IMG/VR virus record: IMGVR_UViG_3300025736_000026
Span: 1 to 61,347 of that record
Strand: one strand, 5' to 3'
Length of the DNA stretch: 61,347 nt
DNA from: a virus
Lineage: Duplodnaviria > Caudoviricetes
Shown: piece after piece, positions 27,401-36,187 of the stretch
Numbering within the stretch: the first letter of the stretch is position 1
How the letters are laid out: each line of letters opens with the position of its first letter
Made by a program: the position numbers and the translations under genes
The notes under the pieces: generated by a model
What the model saw: the letters and a program-made list of their open reading frames with translations, nothing else
Database searches by the model: none
What the model was told of the DNA's origin: nothing

Positions 27401-27876
27401 ATATAAGTACGGTATCATCCAACGTTCAAGATCAGTTGGATGCAAAGTCCGCAGTTCAATGGAACGCTGGCTTGACTGTAAATGAAACTTATTCAGGCCA
27501 GACAACTTCTATTACGGTTGGAGAAACTGTAGTATTCGGCCAGGCATTAGTTAAGAAGGATGATGGTGAATACTATTTAACAGATGCCGATGCTATAACC
27601 ACAATGCCAGCAATGTGTGTTGCACTAGAAGGAAAGGCCGATGGAGAAGCTTGTATTGCTTTAGTGCTAGGATGGGTTTGTGACACTGATTGGAGTTGGA
27701 CTGTTGGTGATGGAATGGCAAATCTTCTATATCCAGATGATACAACATCAGGTTCATTGGTACAGCAGGCTGGTAAACCGTCGGACACGGGAGATCAATT
27801 AGCACCGTGCGGACATGTAGAATCAACTACATGTATTTATTTCAATCCGTCTTACGTGGTAGTAGAGGTAAATTAA
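24451..27876 (+). CDS. large fibre/adhesin-like protein with N-terminal signal peptide
   Basis: MKRVIIGLCILALCGVSSG|Q; beta-helix start DYTTIQAAI; GNVGIGT; twice-repeated EI/LGY(V/I)S...VQxQ(I/L)DxK. Confidence 0.75.
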   Translation: MKRVIIGLCILALCGVSSGQSRDPKKVIEKATSLSLRGNFGFAGENARFGVPGFASAPGTTLSNGMFYYNSVAHKFYGYIGGVWTEMSSGGTVSYPIALGLGGTGVALANGTAGQIMRSSGAGAVTWSTATYPTSVGAYEILYGTSANIVGSLGIGTANYLLAVNATTNGYVWKNPADFEPVVSLTASRALVSTAGGALGVSATTATEIGYVSGLSGAVQGQIDGKEPALSKSNLTGTTPVNVSNSPQIMGVSASAITIDDADANGATKGAAAFATNDFDAAAGVISIDYTNGQAAATGVKGFLTGGDWDTFNSKSDFDPSSTFTVGATGCDYTTIQAAITAGSGGETILVFPGTYTETITFDIDSVSIIGMGHGQNIILTQADANIVDFATFTHNSISNMAIQLTAPTDGTKDAITISTGSASVRECALYLATASAIAGVDQPHIANVTGAGTLNIHRGKAIYRHTGATTNGMKTPFYCGAGATLNLYKISNIDIDNSGTATASGIFAHTTTGTIDMNFCTADVDDNDATFTVGFGYIAGTATTLEYSYNDIHVHAHDNNAYGIYVLSAEIRLMFNHIHVEEDGTGAAYGLVEAGSGTIDSQLDDIVALGGSSGNIVYVHSTADGDFGVSGTLSATRTMGVTPNDALGLRLQNTTNAAAGAQQWSPGLTMQANGWKTDATAASQPVEFMLDARSVQDAAAPTGYWGVYPSINNAAYSATPALSVLSSGNVGIGTISALGHLNIETSVTNAASGNSYGFRNIVTKTTSTGDRTISAFSNVVSAGTDGSCVGLWGVDIQINNESTGTVPNLYSTYNGILIGSASASTAAYGTKTYINNEGLTTNAYGNNIYVRNNSNNAVLTNAYGDYIYVQNSRGVLSNAFGVYIEDVQGDTLSYGIYQAGGDDNYFSGNTGFGTAFPEAALHILNSTAPQQIWTHTNGADSLTLGVDGDGDATLTPSGGDLSVAGNFAATTYETDVSAAELGYISTVSSNVQDQLDAKSAVQWNAGLTVNETYSGQTTSITVGETVVFGQALVKKDDGEYYLTDADAITTMPAMCVALEGKADGEACIALVLGWVCDTDWSWTVGDGMANLLYPDDTTSGSLVQQAGKPSDTGDQLAPCGHVESTTCIYFNPSYVVVEVN

Positions 27877-27877
27877 C

Positions 27878-30289
27878 ATGAAAAAGCTTATACTATTGAT
27901 AGCATTTTTATTGTTTGTCCCGCAGGTCTCTGCGCAATTTGGGCAAATTGTTTTAGTTGATAGTTTGGAGTTTGAGTCTGGGCAATGTAGAAGTGGCATA
28001 TCCGTACAGATAGCAACGGACACTTTTGCTATTGCATATCGTGATGAACCTGGATATTTAAAGTTTGTTATAGTAGATATGGGTGAGGACGCTGTTATAG
28101 GTGGAGTCATAGATACGCAACAATTTGGAGGTTGGTTAATCCGCGAAGGGCATGATATGTTTTTCGAGCAGGTTGGGTCTACAGATTACTTTGCCATGGG
28201 TATATTAGAAGATACTGGCGACGATCTGTGGGTGTGTACCATGGATTTTTCTGATGCAACCAACATTTCAACAGTGTTTAATGATTCTTTAGAAATAGAA
28301 ACAGATGATGCAAGGCATTCATATGCCAATTATGTTTCGGGAACAGAACATTGGGTTATTGGTTCAAGTCCGGAAGCTACCGCGCAACCTCACTATTATG
28401 GAGTTACTATAGCAGAGTCCGATGGTTCTATCACATTGAATAATGAAGTTGATTCAGGCGTTAATGGAACATTGAGGGGATTAGAGTGGTGCGGTGGTAT
28501 TGCTTTTGCATCAACATATATGAATGCTGCATCAGATCCAACTTGTAATTCAATGACTTTAAATACCACAACAGGTCAAGTGTCAAGTGTTGTTGAGACT
28601 ATAGTACTTAAGGAAACAACAGGTAGATACCCAAGACCTGTTAGGATACCCGGTACAAATAATTTTTTAGTGATATCAGATATTGCGAATAGAACAGAAT
28701 TGGATTATTATACAATGTCTATAAATCCAACCACGGCTGATTTATCAGATACCCCTCTTGATAGTTGGCTGAATTTGGCTTCTTCTTGGATTACTCCAAT
28801 AACAGGACCTATATTTGATAATGTTGTTGATTCACTATGTTATTCAGGATATATCAATAATACAACAGATAAGCAGTTGTACTTGCATACATTTGTTTTA
28901 AGTAAGGAATCAGGAGAATTTCCCGTAGGACTTAGAAGTTCTAAGTTCATAACAACTTCGGATGGGTATTTTGATATACGTAAAGGGGCAGGGCAGGCAA
29001 ATTTATTGGTGGTGTCTAAAGCTGATGTTGATGGTTGGGTATATTCTTTTACGACAGAGAACGTTGGCGAGATATTATATTTTGCATCCGCGGTTGTACA
29101 ACCTTCTAAAGCATCTCTTTCTACTTTTTCTTTAGCAACAGCATCGGGGGCAATATCAGATGCACCTATTGATACATATACACTTGCAACTAATGCCGTT
29201 AATTTAGAAGAGCAAATTGATATGATCAAGATTACTGGTACAGACCAATATGTTGTAGTGTGGTCTGCTTCAGATAATGTAGGCAAAATGGCAACGATTC
29301 AGATATCCGCTGAAGGAGTGATTGCGGCTTCGGCTACAGATTCGATTGACTTTGCAGTTTATGGTAACTCGCCGAGAATACATCAAGTACCGTCTTCTAA
29401 TTATTTCACGATGTCCTATTTTGACGGAGCAGATACAAAAGCAGCCACTTTTTCTATTACAGATGCGGGAGATATTAATCCAACGAAAGTGGATTCATTG
29501 GACATAACAAATGTAACTTACGTCCCCGAGTTATGTTATCTGGGAAGCAACCACTATATTGTAACAGGTTGGGGAGCAGGTTCGGATGGTTTCTTATCTA
29601 CTTTTGGAGTAAATGCGTCTACTGGTGTTATAACTGCTGTTATAGATGCGTTTGAGTTTCATCCATTGAATTTCTATTCTTCAGATAAAATGTATCAGAT
29701 TTCAACATCACAATATTATATCCTTGCTTCTCGTGCAACGGGGGCGAATCATTATACTTTTGATATCACAGCTGCAACTGGAGATGTAGTGGGAGATGCA
29801 GTTGTAGAGAGCGGAACTAATGTAGTTGCATATAAACCGCGTTCGATGGCACCCACTACGGTAGACACACTTATTGTGCAATCTTATGTTGATTCCGATT
29901 CTGATGCTTGGTTACGTACATTTAGGGCAAACAAGACTGATGGGTCTATTACAGATTCATATAGAGTAGCGGTTGATAGCATCGAATTTGAAGTTTCACA
30001 AGGAGACCCGTTTTATATAATGGCAACAAGTGTTCCAGATTGGTTTATTGTTGGAGGTCAGGGAACTACAGATGCGGATGGTTACGTGTATTCATTTGAT
30101 GTAAATGTAGAGGGTGGAATAACAGGTCCCGCAGATAAGCTCGAAGTAGAAACTGTTTATTGCCAAGGAATAGTGGTAGTTGAGTTGTCGGAGGCGGCAG
30201 GGTGGGGGCATAAAATAATGGGGATTGAACCTGGAAAAGTTATGGGCTTGCTTAAAGCAGAAATTGCCAAAGTGATGGGAGTTGAATGA
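27878..30289 (+). CDS. large repeat (beta-propeller-like) protein with signal peptide
   Basis: MKKLILLIAFLLFVPQVSA|Q; recurring DSLEF/DSLEI/DSIDF/DAFEF/DSIEF blades; C-terminal K(I/V)MG repeats. Confidence 0.75.
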   Translation: MKKLILLIAFLLFVPQVSAQFGQIVLVDSLEFESGQCRSGISVQIATDTFAIAYRDEPGYLKFVIVDMGEDAVIGGVIDTQQFGGWLIREGHDMFFEQVGSTDYFAMGILEDTGDDLWVCTMDFSDATNISTVFNDSLEIETDDARHSYANYVSGTEHWVIGSSPEATAQPHYYGVTIAESDGSITLNNEVDSGVNGTLRGLEWCGGIAFASTYMNAASDPTCNSMTLNTTTGQVSSVVETIVLKETTGRYPRPVRIPGTNNFLVISDIANRTELDYYTMSINPTTADLSDTPLDSWLNLASSWITPITGPIFDNVVDSLCYSGYINNTTDKQLYLHTFVLSKESGEFPVGLRSSKFITTSDGYFDIRKGAGQANLLVVSKADVDGWVYSFTTENVGEILYFASAVVQPSKASLSTFSLATASGAISDAPIDTYTLATNAVNLEEQIDMIKITGTDQYVVVWSASDNVGKMATIQISAEGVIAASATDSIDFAVYGNSPRIHQVPSSNYFTMSYFDGADTKAATFSITDAGDINPTKVDSLDITNVTYVPELCYLGSNHYIVTGWGAGSDGFLSTFGVNASTGVITAVIDAFEFHPLNFYSSDKMYQISTSQYYILASRATGANHYTFDITAATGDVVGDAVVESGTNVVAYKPRSMAPTTVDTLIVQSYVDSDSDAWLRTFRANKTDGSITDSYRVAVDSIEFEVSQGDPFYIMATSVPDWFIVGGQGTTDADGYVYSFDVNVEGGITGPADKLEVETVYCQGIVVVELSEAAGWGHKIMGIEPGKVMGLLKAEIAKVMGVE

Positions 30290-30654
30290 TGAAATTTCGA
30301 GATACTGGACGCGGAAGTTCTGTCGATTTTGCTCACTGGTCGAGTAGGAAAGTAAAAATGCTAGTAAGCTTTACAGTGATAATCGTATTCCTGGTAAACT
30401 GCAGTACTGTTTTATGGAGTTTGGGTTATAAGTCAAGAGAATACATGGAATTGAGAGAAGCAGTGTCAAGTAATACAAAAGGTATCGGTGGTTTAACATC
30501 CGCGGCAGTGGATCATAGAACTGCCTTAAGAGTCATATTGAAGCAGACACAAGCAATAGCCAGAAAAGTGAATGCGGAGGTAGCTGAAATAGTTGCCGAT
30601 GATTTATTTTCTGCTGGTATAGAGTCTCTTGTCGGAGATCGTAGTGATAAGTAA
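30286..30654 (+). CDS. single-TM membrane protein
   Basis: TM segment followed by coiled coil. Confidence 0.6.
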   Translation: MMKFRDTGRGSSVDFAHWSSRKVKMLVSFTVIIVFLVNCSTVLWSLGYKSREYMELREAVSSNTKGIGGLTSAAVDHRTALRVILKQTQAIARKVNAEVAEIVADDLFSAGIESLVGDRSDK

Positions 30655-30672
30655 TCAAAGAGGGAGATTGTA

Positions 30673-31239
30673 ATGAGCCTTTTAACAAGTGCTCAATTTC
30701 AACAATTTTTATCCGTTGCGGGCGAGACAATGTCTGTTGCTGATATTGCTGTAGTTACTGATGTATCTGAATCCCGCGTAGATAGTTTATGCGGACGTGA
30801 ATTTTTATTACACTGGGAGAATGAGACTATTGAAGTTGCGCCTTGGGATACGCGGCGTTACCAGATAAAGACGAATAATTATCCTATCATAGCTAGTTCG
30901 GTTATGCTGACTAATACTAGTGCGCTTATTACAAATGATAATTTAATTATTGAAGCTTCTACTGGTATAATTAAGCGGCGTTCAGATAATTATTATTTTG
31001 ATGTGGGCCGCGATGCTATTCTATTAATGTATCAAAATGGTTATGCATCCGGAGAAGCTCCGAAAGATTTACAGTATTTGATATACAAAGTAGGTTACGC
31101 TATTAAGGCTATGCCAGGTGTAGTTTATCAAGCGGAAACTTCTGGCGATTATTCCTATAAAATGGCTAACGAAATGATTTTAAAGGGTCTCGATAGTATT
31201 GCATTAGCTATTGTAACAAAGTATAAAAAGGTAATTTGA
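30673..31239 (+). CDS. head-tail adaptor (gp6/gp15-like)
   Basis: VDSLCGREF, YQNGY...PKDL, ETSGDYSY. Confidence 0.75.
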   Translation: MSLLTSAQFQQFLSVAGETMSVADIAVVTDVSESRVDSLCGREFLLHWENETIEVAPWDTRRYQIKTNNYPIIASSVMLTNTSALITNDNLIIEASTGIIKRRSDNYYFDVGRDAILLMYQNGYASGEAPKDLQYLIYKVGYAIKAMPGVVYQAETSGDYSYKMANEMILKGLDSIALAIVTKYKKVI

Positions 31240-31829
31240 TGAGCTTTGATTCGTTAATGCGCGAAGTAACACATTCTAGGGATAGCTCTGATTTAGTATC
31301 TTCAACAGCTATTTCAACATCTATTCCTATAACATACCAACCCTCAGAATCCTGTATCTTACGCGTAAGCGTATTGGATTGTAGTATTTATGGTGAATGT
31401 TTAATTTCGGGGACCGATCTAAGTGATGTTTGCATAGCGGAACGCGTAGTTTTTACCAAGGCAGATAAACGTATAAGTCAAAATCTTTTTAAAACTCTAG
31501 TAGGCATAACAACGGCCAATTTCGTCGTGGGTACTATGCGTGTTCAGGGTGCATTACGCTCCGGCGAAAATTTAAATGTGCGTAGAAGTTTGGGTACTAT
31601 TTATGGTCGTATATACGAGCCGCAACCCCGCGAAGGTGTCCGTGTAGTAGGAGCTGTACAAGATCAACCTTTAAAATTTATGTGCCGCAAGGAGGACTCT
31701 TCTATTATAAAGGGCGATTATTTAATCGATGGGGGTATTACATACTGTTTAGAATCTAATTTACAACCTATGTATGGTTCAAGTAGTATTCATCATTACG
31801 AATCTATTGTTTCGCGTTTAGAATCCTAA
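31236..31829 (+). CDS. putative head closure/stopper protein
   Basis: Position; C-terminal IKGDYLIDGGITY...IHHYE. Confidence 0.55.
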   Translation: MMSFDSLMREVTHSRDSSDLVSSTAISTSIPITYQPSESCILRVSVLDCSIYGECLISGTDLSDVCIAERVVFTKADKRISQNLFKTLVGITTANFVVGTMRVQGALRSGENLNVRRSLGTIYGRIYEPQPREGVRVVGAVQDQPLKFMCRKEDSSIIKGDYLIDGGITYCLESNLQPMYGSSSIHHYESIVSRLES

Positions 31830-31843
31830 GGAGGATCAAAAAC

Positions 31844-34171
31844 ATGAAGTACAGCGTAGTTATTCCCACAATTGACGGAGTACGTTTACTCTCCGAATCC
31901 CTTCCGCGTATCTTTATCCATACGCAAGATTTTGAAGTTATCGTCGTCGATAACGGTAGCACGGATGGTACCGAAGGTTATATCAACGATCTATCCAAGC
32001 AACATTCTAACCTTAAATATATACGCTTCGATACGAATAAAGGTTTCGCGGGCGCCTGTAACGCGGGTATGCAAATGGCTCAGGGAGCCTTTATTATACT
32101 CTTGAATAACGACGCCTTAGTTACACCTAATTGGACGTCCCAGATGTTTACATCTATGAGGCGTTTCGAAAAGAAAACGGGCCTCCGTATAGGCTTAGTA
32201 GGCCCTGCAACAAATTTTGCGGGAGGGCGTCAAGCTGTTCCGAATGTAAAATACGACATCGCAGCTCTGGATGAGTTCTCGATAGAATTTCATAAACGTA
32301 ACATCAGCCAGGTCGATGAAGCCGGTTTTTTATCAGGCTTTTGTTTAATGTTCAAACGTGCAGTTATGGAAGACGTAGGTCTTCTAGACGAACGTTTTTT
32401 TCCGGGAGGTTATGAAGATAATGATTTTTTACTGCGCGCGAATGAATCCGGCTGGTACGGTTTAATTGATGGCTCCACGTTCGTTCATCATCACGGTTCG
32501 CAAACTCTCCGTAGAGATGAATTTAAGGATTCTGAGGGTGGGTTGGCTCCTCGAAATATCTTCTTGGATAAGTGGACGAAAAAGAATGCGGGACCTAAAA
32601 AGCTTGTAGGTATTTATCGGGTTAAGGGTCCCGATCCATACTTTACAACTAGTTTGCAGAAAGCTTCCGAATTCTGCGATGAAATTGCCGTATTGGTCGA
32701 CAATCCCCTCGCAGGCGATAGATCGGTAGAAATTACGAAAAAGTTTCCCAAAGTTACGCGTACAGAAATTACCGATAGGGAATTTGACGAACGGCGCGAT
32801 CGTAATCAACTCGTACAAATGGCTTACGATATGGAGGCCGACTGGGTTATATCTATCGATGATGATGAAGTCTTCGAGGATAAATTCGATCGTGCGTACG
32901 TAGATCGTTTGATGCACCCACCTAATCCGCATGTAAAAATGTACGGATTTCATTGGAGAACTTTCTTTGATGGTACGGAGCGTTTTCGTGTAGATGGGAC
33001 TTTCGGAAAAATGGCTGGATTCCGCATGTATAAAGCAGAGCCTGGTAGAAAAATCTTCTCCGGAACCGATAAAGGATTTCACTGCGGTAATATTGCCCTT
33101 TCTGCCCGCGATTGTGCTCGCTGGACAAATATTCGTATAAAGCATTACGGATATTGTACTCCTGAAAAGTGTATGCGTAAGTATAAATTTTACGAGCACG
33201 CCGATACTGAAAAGACCGCGGGTCTCATCGGTGCAGAAGATTATTCACACCTCATACAACGTAAAATGATTACATATCCCTGGGTAGAAAATGATTCTCT
33301 TTCTTTGGTAATATGTGTGCGTAATGGGGGCCATAAGCTTTGGGAGTTATTCGATCAAGTCGGTTATTTTGCCGATGAGATTATTTTTGGCGATAATCAA
33401 TCTACTGATGACTCTGTTAAAACAGCGAAACTTTTTAAATCAAAAATAATACCCGTGAAATTTGAAGATGATTTCAGTAAATTAAAGAATCAAGTAATTG
33501 AGAAAGCTTCTAAGGATTGGATTTTACTTATGGATTGGGATGAAACTTTCGTACACGCCGAAATTCCTTCCATACGTAAGATGATGGATAACGATTGTGA
33601 TGGGTATATGTTTCCCGTATACAACCACCAACCTGGGGGAGCTGTATCACTTTCCGAAGCTGTAAGGCTTTTTCGTAATATACCCACAATGCGTTATACC
33701 GGGCGTGTACACGAAAATTTTGATGCCGCAATGCATGCAAATCTTGTTAGCATATTGCGCACGGATATGATTTTACATCATCACGGATTTCTTTCAGACG
33801 CAAAACGTCTCGATGGCAAGTTGAATCTTTATGAGCGTTTGAATAAACTGCAGTTACAAGAAACCCCCGCAGATCCGCGAGCGGCATTTAATCTGGCTTT
33901 ACATTATATAAACGAGGGAAATCGTATTGAAGCGGAACGCCTTTTAAAATATGCTATTTCGTTAAATGAGAATTTTTATCAAGCACATAAAGAGCTGGGC
34001 CTATCTTATATAAGAAAAGGTCAAGCTTATGTAACGAATGCGAAGGCTTTAATTCCTGAAGAGCATCCTATGAAACAGATGCTAGAAAGATTAGTGCAGA
34101 GTATTACAGGTATAATCGGCGAACAGGATATCATTATAGGATCACGCGGACAAGATGGCCCAAAAGCTTAA
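31844..34171 (+). CDS. multi-domain GT2 glycosyltransferase with C-terminal TPR
   Basis: SVVIP/VVDNGSTDGT/LLNND/YEDND; second domain ADWVISIDDDE; third domain DNQSTD/DWILLMDWDE/GRVHE, then TPR helices. Confidence 0.9.
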   Translation: MKYSVVIPTIDGVRLLSESLPRIFIHTQDFEVIVVDNGSTDGTEGYINDLSKQHSNLKYIRFDTNKGFAGACNAGMQMAQGAFIILLNNDALVTPNWTSQMFTSMRRFEKKTGLRIGLVGPATNFAGGRQAVPNVKYDIAALDEFSIEFHKRNISQVDEAGFLSGFCLMFKRAVMEDVGLLDERFFPGGYEDNDFLLRANESGWYGLIDGSTFVHHHGSQTLRRDEFKDSEGGLAPRNIFLDKWTKKNAGPKKLVGIYRVKGPDPYFTTSLQKASEFCDEIAVLVDNPLAGDRSVEITKKFPKVTRTEITDREFDERRDRNQLVQMAYDMEADWVISIDDDEVFEDKFDRAYVDRLMHPPNPHVKMYGFHWRTFFDGTERFRVDGTFGKMAGFRMYKAEPGRKIFSGTDKGFHCGNIALSARDCARWTNIRIKHYGYCTPEKCMRKYKFYEHADTEKTAGLIGAEDYSHLIQRKMITYPWVENDSLSLVICVRNGGHKLWELFDQVGYFADEIIFGDNQSTDDSVKTAKLFKSKIIPVKFEDDFSKLKNQVIEKASKDWILLMDWDETFVHAEIPSIRKMMDNDCDGYMFPVYNHQPGGAVSLSEAVRLFRNIPTMRYTGRVHENFDAAMHANLVSILRTDMILHHHGFLSDAKRLDGKLNLYERLNKLQLQETPADPRAAFNLALHYINEGNRIEAERLLKYAISLNENFYQAHKELGLSYIRKGQAYVTNAKALIPEEHPMKQMLERLVQSITGIIGEQDIIIGSRGQDGPKA

Positions 34172-34637
34172 ATACATCGAAGGTTTAGTTCCTTTGCTAC
34201 TCAATTTTGCGATCCTAGAAGGATCCATTGATGATGAATTCGAAAAGGCCGAGTTACTTGCCCAAGAGTATACTTTTGAAAAAATGCGCGCGAATATAAG
34301 TCTTACATGTCACTCACTTAAAGATTTGAGGGCTTTAGATCATCCATACGCGAAGCGAGACCCTCAACCTATTCATAGACCTCAGTGGCTTGTTCACCTG
34401 CAAGACGGAACTCTTGTAAATGCTTTAGAAAAAACTGGTGAGGATTTATCTGATGGTACTAAAATACGTAGTGTAGGTATTGATGAAAGTAAAGCGCCTC
34501 ACGCAACTGATATTATTTATGGTACAAGTAAGATGGTGGGTCGCGATTTTATAACTGAGACCTTCGCGCAAGTTGAGTCCACATTAATGGGCTTTTACGA
34601 AGCAGCACAACAGAATGCTTTAAAGCACTTTGAATAG
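34155..34637 (+). CDS. putative tail completion / neck protein (HK97 gp10-like)
   Basis: APHA..IIYGTSKMVGRDFI motif. Confidence 0.65.
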   Translation: MAQKLKYIEGLVPLLLNFAILEGSIDDEFEKAELLAQEYTFEKMRANISLTCHSLKDLRALDHPYAKRDPQPIHRPQWLVHLQDGTLVNALEKTGEDLSDGTKIRSVGIDESKAPHATDIIYGTSKMVGRDFITETFAQVESTLMGFYEAAQQNALKHFE

Positions 34638-34647
34638 GAGATGTATT

Positions 34648-34932
34648 ATGTCTAAACCTAAAGCAAACGACACTCTACAGCTTGGAGCAAAAGATGTTCC
34701 GTGGAAATGCGAATGCGGTTTTTTGTTGGGTGTTTTATCTCCTGATAAAAATACTTTGCGTATTAAGTACAAAGATTTATACCTTTCCATCGAGGGTAGC
34801 GACGTGAAAGTTACCGAGCTTTGTAGAAGGTGTGCAACGCCTAATAAAATCGAAAGTAATTCTGGGGTACCTCAGGTACCTCAAGAACATGAAGAGGCTT
34901 TTAAGCAAACAGCTTCAAAGCCTAAGCAGTAA
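34648..34932 (+). CDS. Zn-ribbon (Com-like) protein
   Basis: WKCECGFLLG...CRRCATPN. Confidence 0.65.
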   Translation: MSKPKANDTLQLGAKDVPWKCECGFLLGVLSPDKNTLRIKYKDLYLSIEGSDVKVTELCRRCATPNKIESNSGVPQVPQEHEEAFKQTASKPKQ

Positions 34933-34964
34933 AATTCTAACACGCTGGAAGGAGGTGAGTTACT

Positions 34965-35051
34965 ATGGCGTTTAACGTACCCTCGTATAACACGGATCGA
35001 TTTTCATTCGGTCCGGGTATTTTGTATGTCGGGGCTGTCGGATCTACGCCT
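34965..35051 (+). CDS. major tail (tube) protein, exon 1
   Basis: AAGGAGGTGA RBS; MAFNVPSYNTDRFSFGPGILYVGAVGSTP; missed by ORF track. Confidence 0.85.
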
Positions 35052-35696
35052 CAAATTGGGGGCCTATAATCAGTGATGATTATAGCAAATCCTGCTCGGT
35101 CAGGGAAACCTAAAGGTGAGAGCCTAAGGCAATCCTGAGGAGTTAGAGTTGAGAAACTCGAAGCTTTGCAGAGACTTTCTTAAAGGAGACTGGCGTGTTT
35201 CAAAGTGTTCATATCGACAGTAAATTTGGTAAGTTTACATTACTACTAGATGCGGAAGACCTTGATATTACTAAAGTAGGTTTACGTGTACATAAAAATC
35301 GGGTCGCCTCAGGTTTAATTCTTTATATACCTACCGCGTCTAAGAACGGTTTTAACCGTTGTAATCAAGATTGTCGATTTGTACATCTACTCGTTGTAGA
35401 AAAGTGCTTGGGACGTTCGCTTAAAAAAGGTGAGGTTGTACATCATTTAAATGCTAATAACTTTGATTGTAGACGTTCAAATTTATTAGTATGCCGACAA
35501 AACGAACACGCAAGCTTGCATATACGAATGGGTATTATGTATGCCGAAGCAACTTTTCAGAGTCCTTTAAGCGGCGATCAATTTCAGCTTTTGCGCAAGC
35601 TGCTTGGTCGTAATACGCAGGACATCTCGGGAGTAAATTTAGTCATCTGAGATGGTGGTATAGTCCAACCCCCGGTGAAAGTCGGGATGTCAGTTG
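35052..35696 (+). mobile_element. group I self-splicing intron (645 nt)
   Basis: P1 with U.G at 5' splice site, P2 GUGA tetraloop, P3 TCCTGC/GCAGGA, P4 TCAGGG/TCCTGA, GCAGAGACT and TAGTCC (P7), P8, P9 GAAA loop, terminal G, P10; splicing restores the frame. Confidence 0.93.
35195..35650 (+). CDS. intron-encoded HNH homing endonuclease
   Basis: VHHLNANNFDCRRSNL...HASLH; own AAGGAG RBS. Confidence 0.88.
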   Translation: MFQSVHIDSKFGKFTLLLDAEDLDITKVGLRVHKNRVASGLILYIPTASKNGFNRCNQDCRFVHLLVVEKCLGRSLKKGEVVHHLNANNFDCRRSNLLVCRQNEHASLHIRMGIMYAEATFQSPLSGDQFQLLRKLLGRNTQDISGVNLVI

Positions 35697-36158
35697 TCAA
35701 TTGACATTGGCGCTGTAACAGTCGGAGCTAAGCTCGCGGTCACGCGAGAAATCCTTGAGTACAGACAGGGATCTCCCGCAACGGTTGTGAAGAAGTTCGC
35801 GGTTCAAGAAGCTGTTACATTGGATGTCACGGGTCTGGAATGGAACGTGCGTAACCTGGCCCTCGCGCTTGGCGCGGGAGTTACATCGTCTGATGTGTCC
35901 TTGGAAACGTTCGAATTCGGTGGGTCCATGGATGTGGATCAATACGCACTGAAATTCGTCCACGTTACCCCGGCAGGACAAACGGTTTCCATTTACCTGT
36001 GGAAAGCCGAAGCCGGTGGAGGCTTCGAGGTCGCTTTTGCGGAAGGACCTCATGAGTTCCCCATGACATTCGATGCGGTAGAATCTACTACTGATTGGAC
36101 CGGCGCAGCTGTCGCAAGTAACAAGCGGCTTATTAAATTGGTGTACGAAAAGGCTTAA
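35697..36158 (+). CDS. major tail (tube) protein, exon 2
   Basis: SIDIGAVTVGAKL...LEWNVRNLALALG...FPMTFDA; spliced product 182 aa. Confidence 0.85.
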   Translation, partial: SIDIGAVTVGAKLAVTREILEYRQGSPATVVKKFAVQEAVTLDVTGLEWNVRNLALALGAGVTSSDVSLETFEFGGSMDVDQYALKFVHVTPAGQTVSIYLWKAEAGGGFEVAFAEGPHEFPMTFDAVESTTDWTGAAVASNKRLIKLVYEKA

Positions 36159-36187
36159 TACAAGTCTATAAGAGGAGAGTGACTTCT

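Noticed and set aside
32462-33199. 245-aa antisense ORF and similar shadow ORFs (e.g. 8449-9147, 28840-29286)
   Set aside because: They lie wholly within well-supported genes and show no recognisable motifs or RBS.
35694-36158. Stand-alone 154-aa tail protein starting at TTG 35694
   Set aside because: No RBS; the TTG ends in the intron's terminal G, and the true start is 34965.
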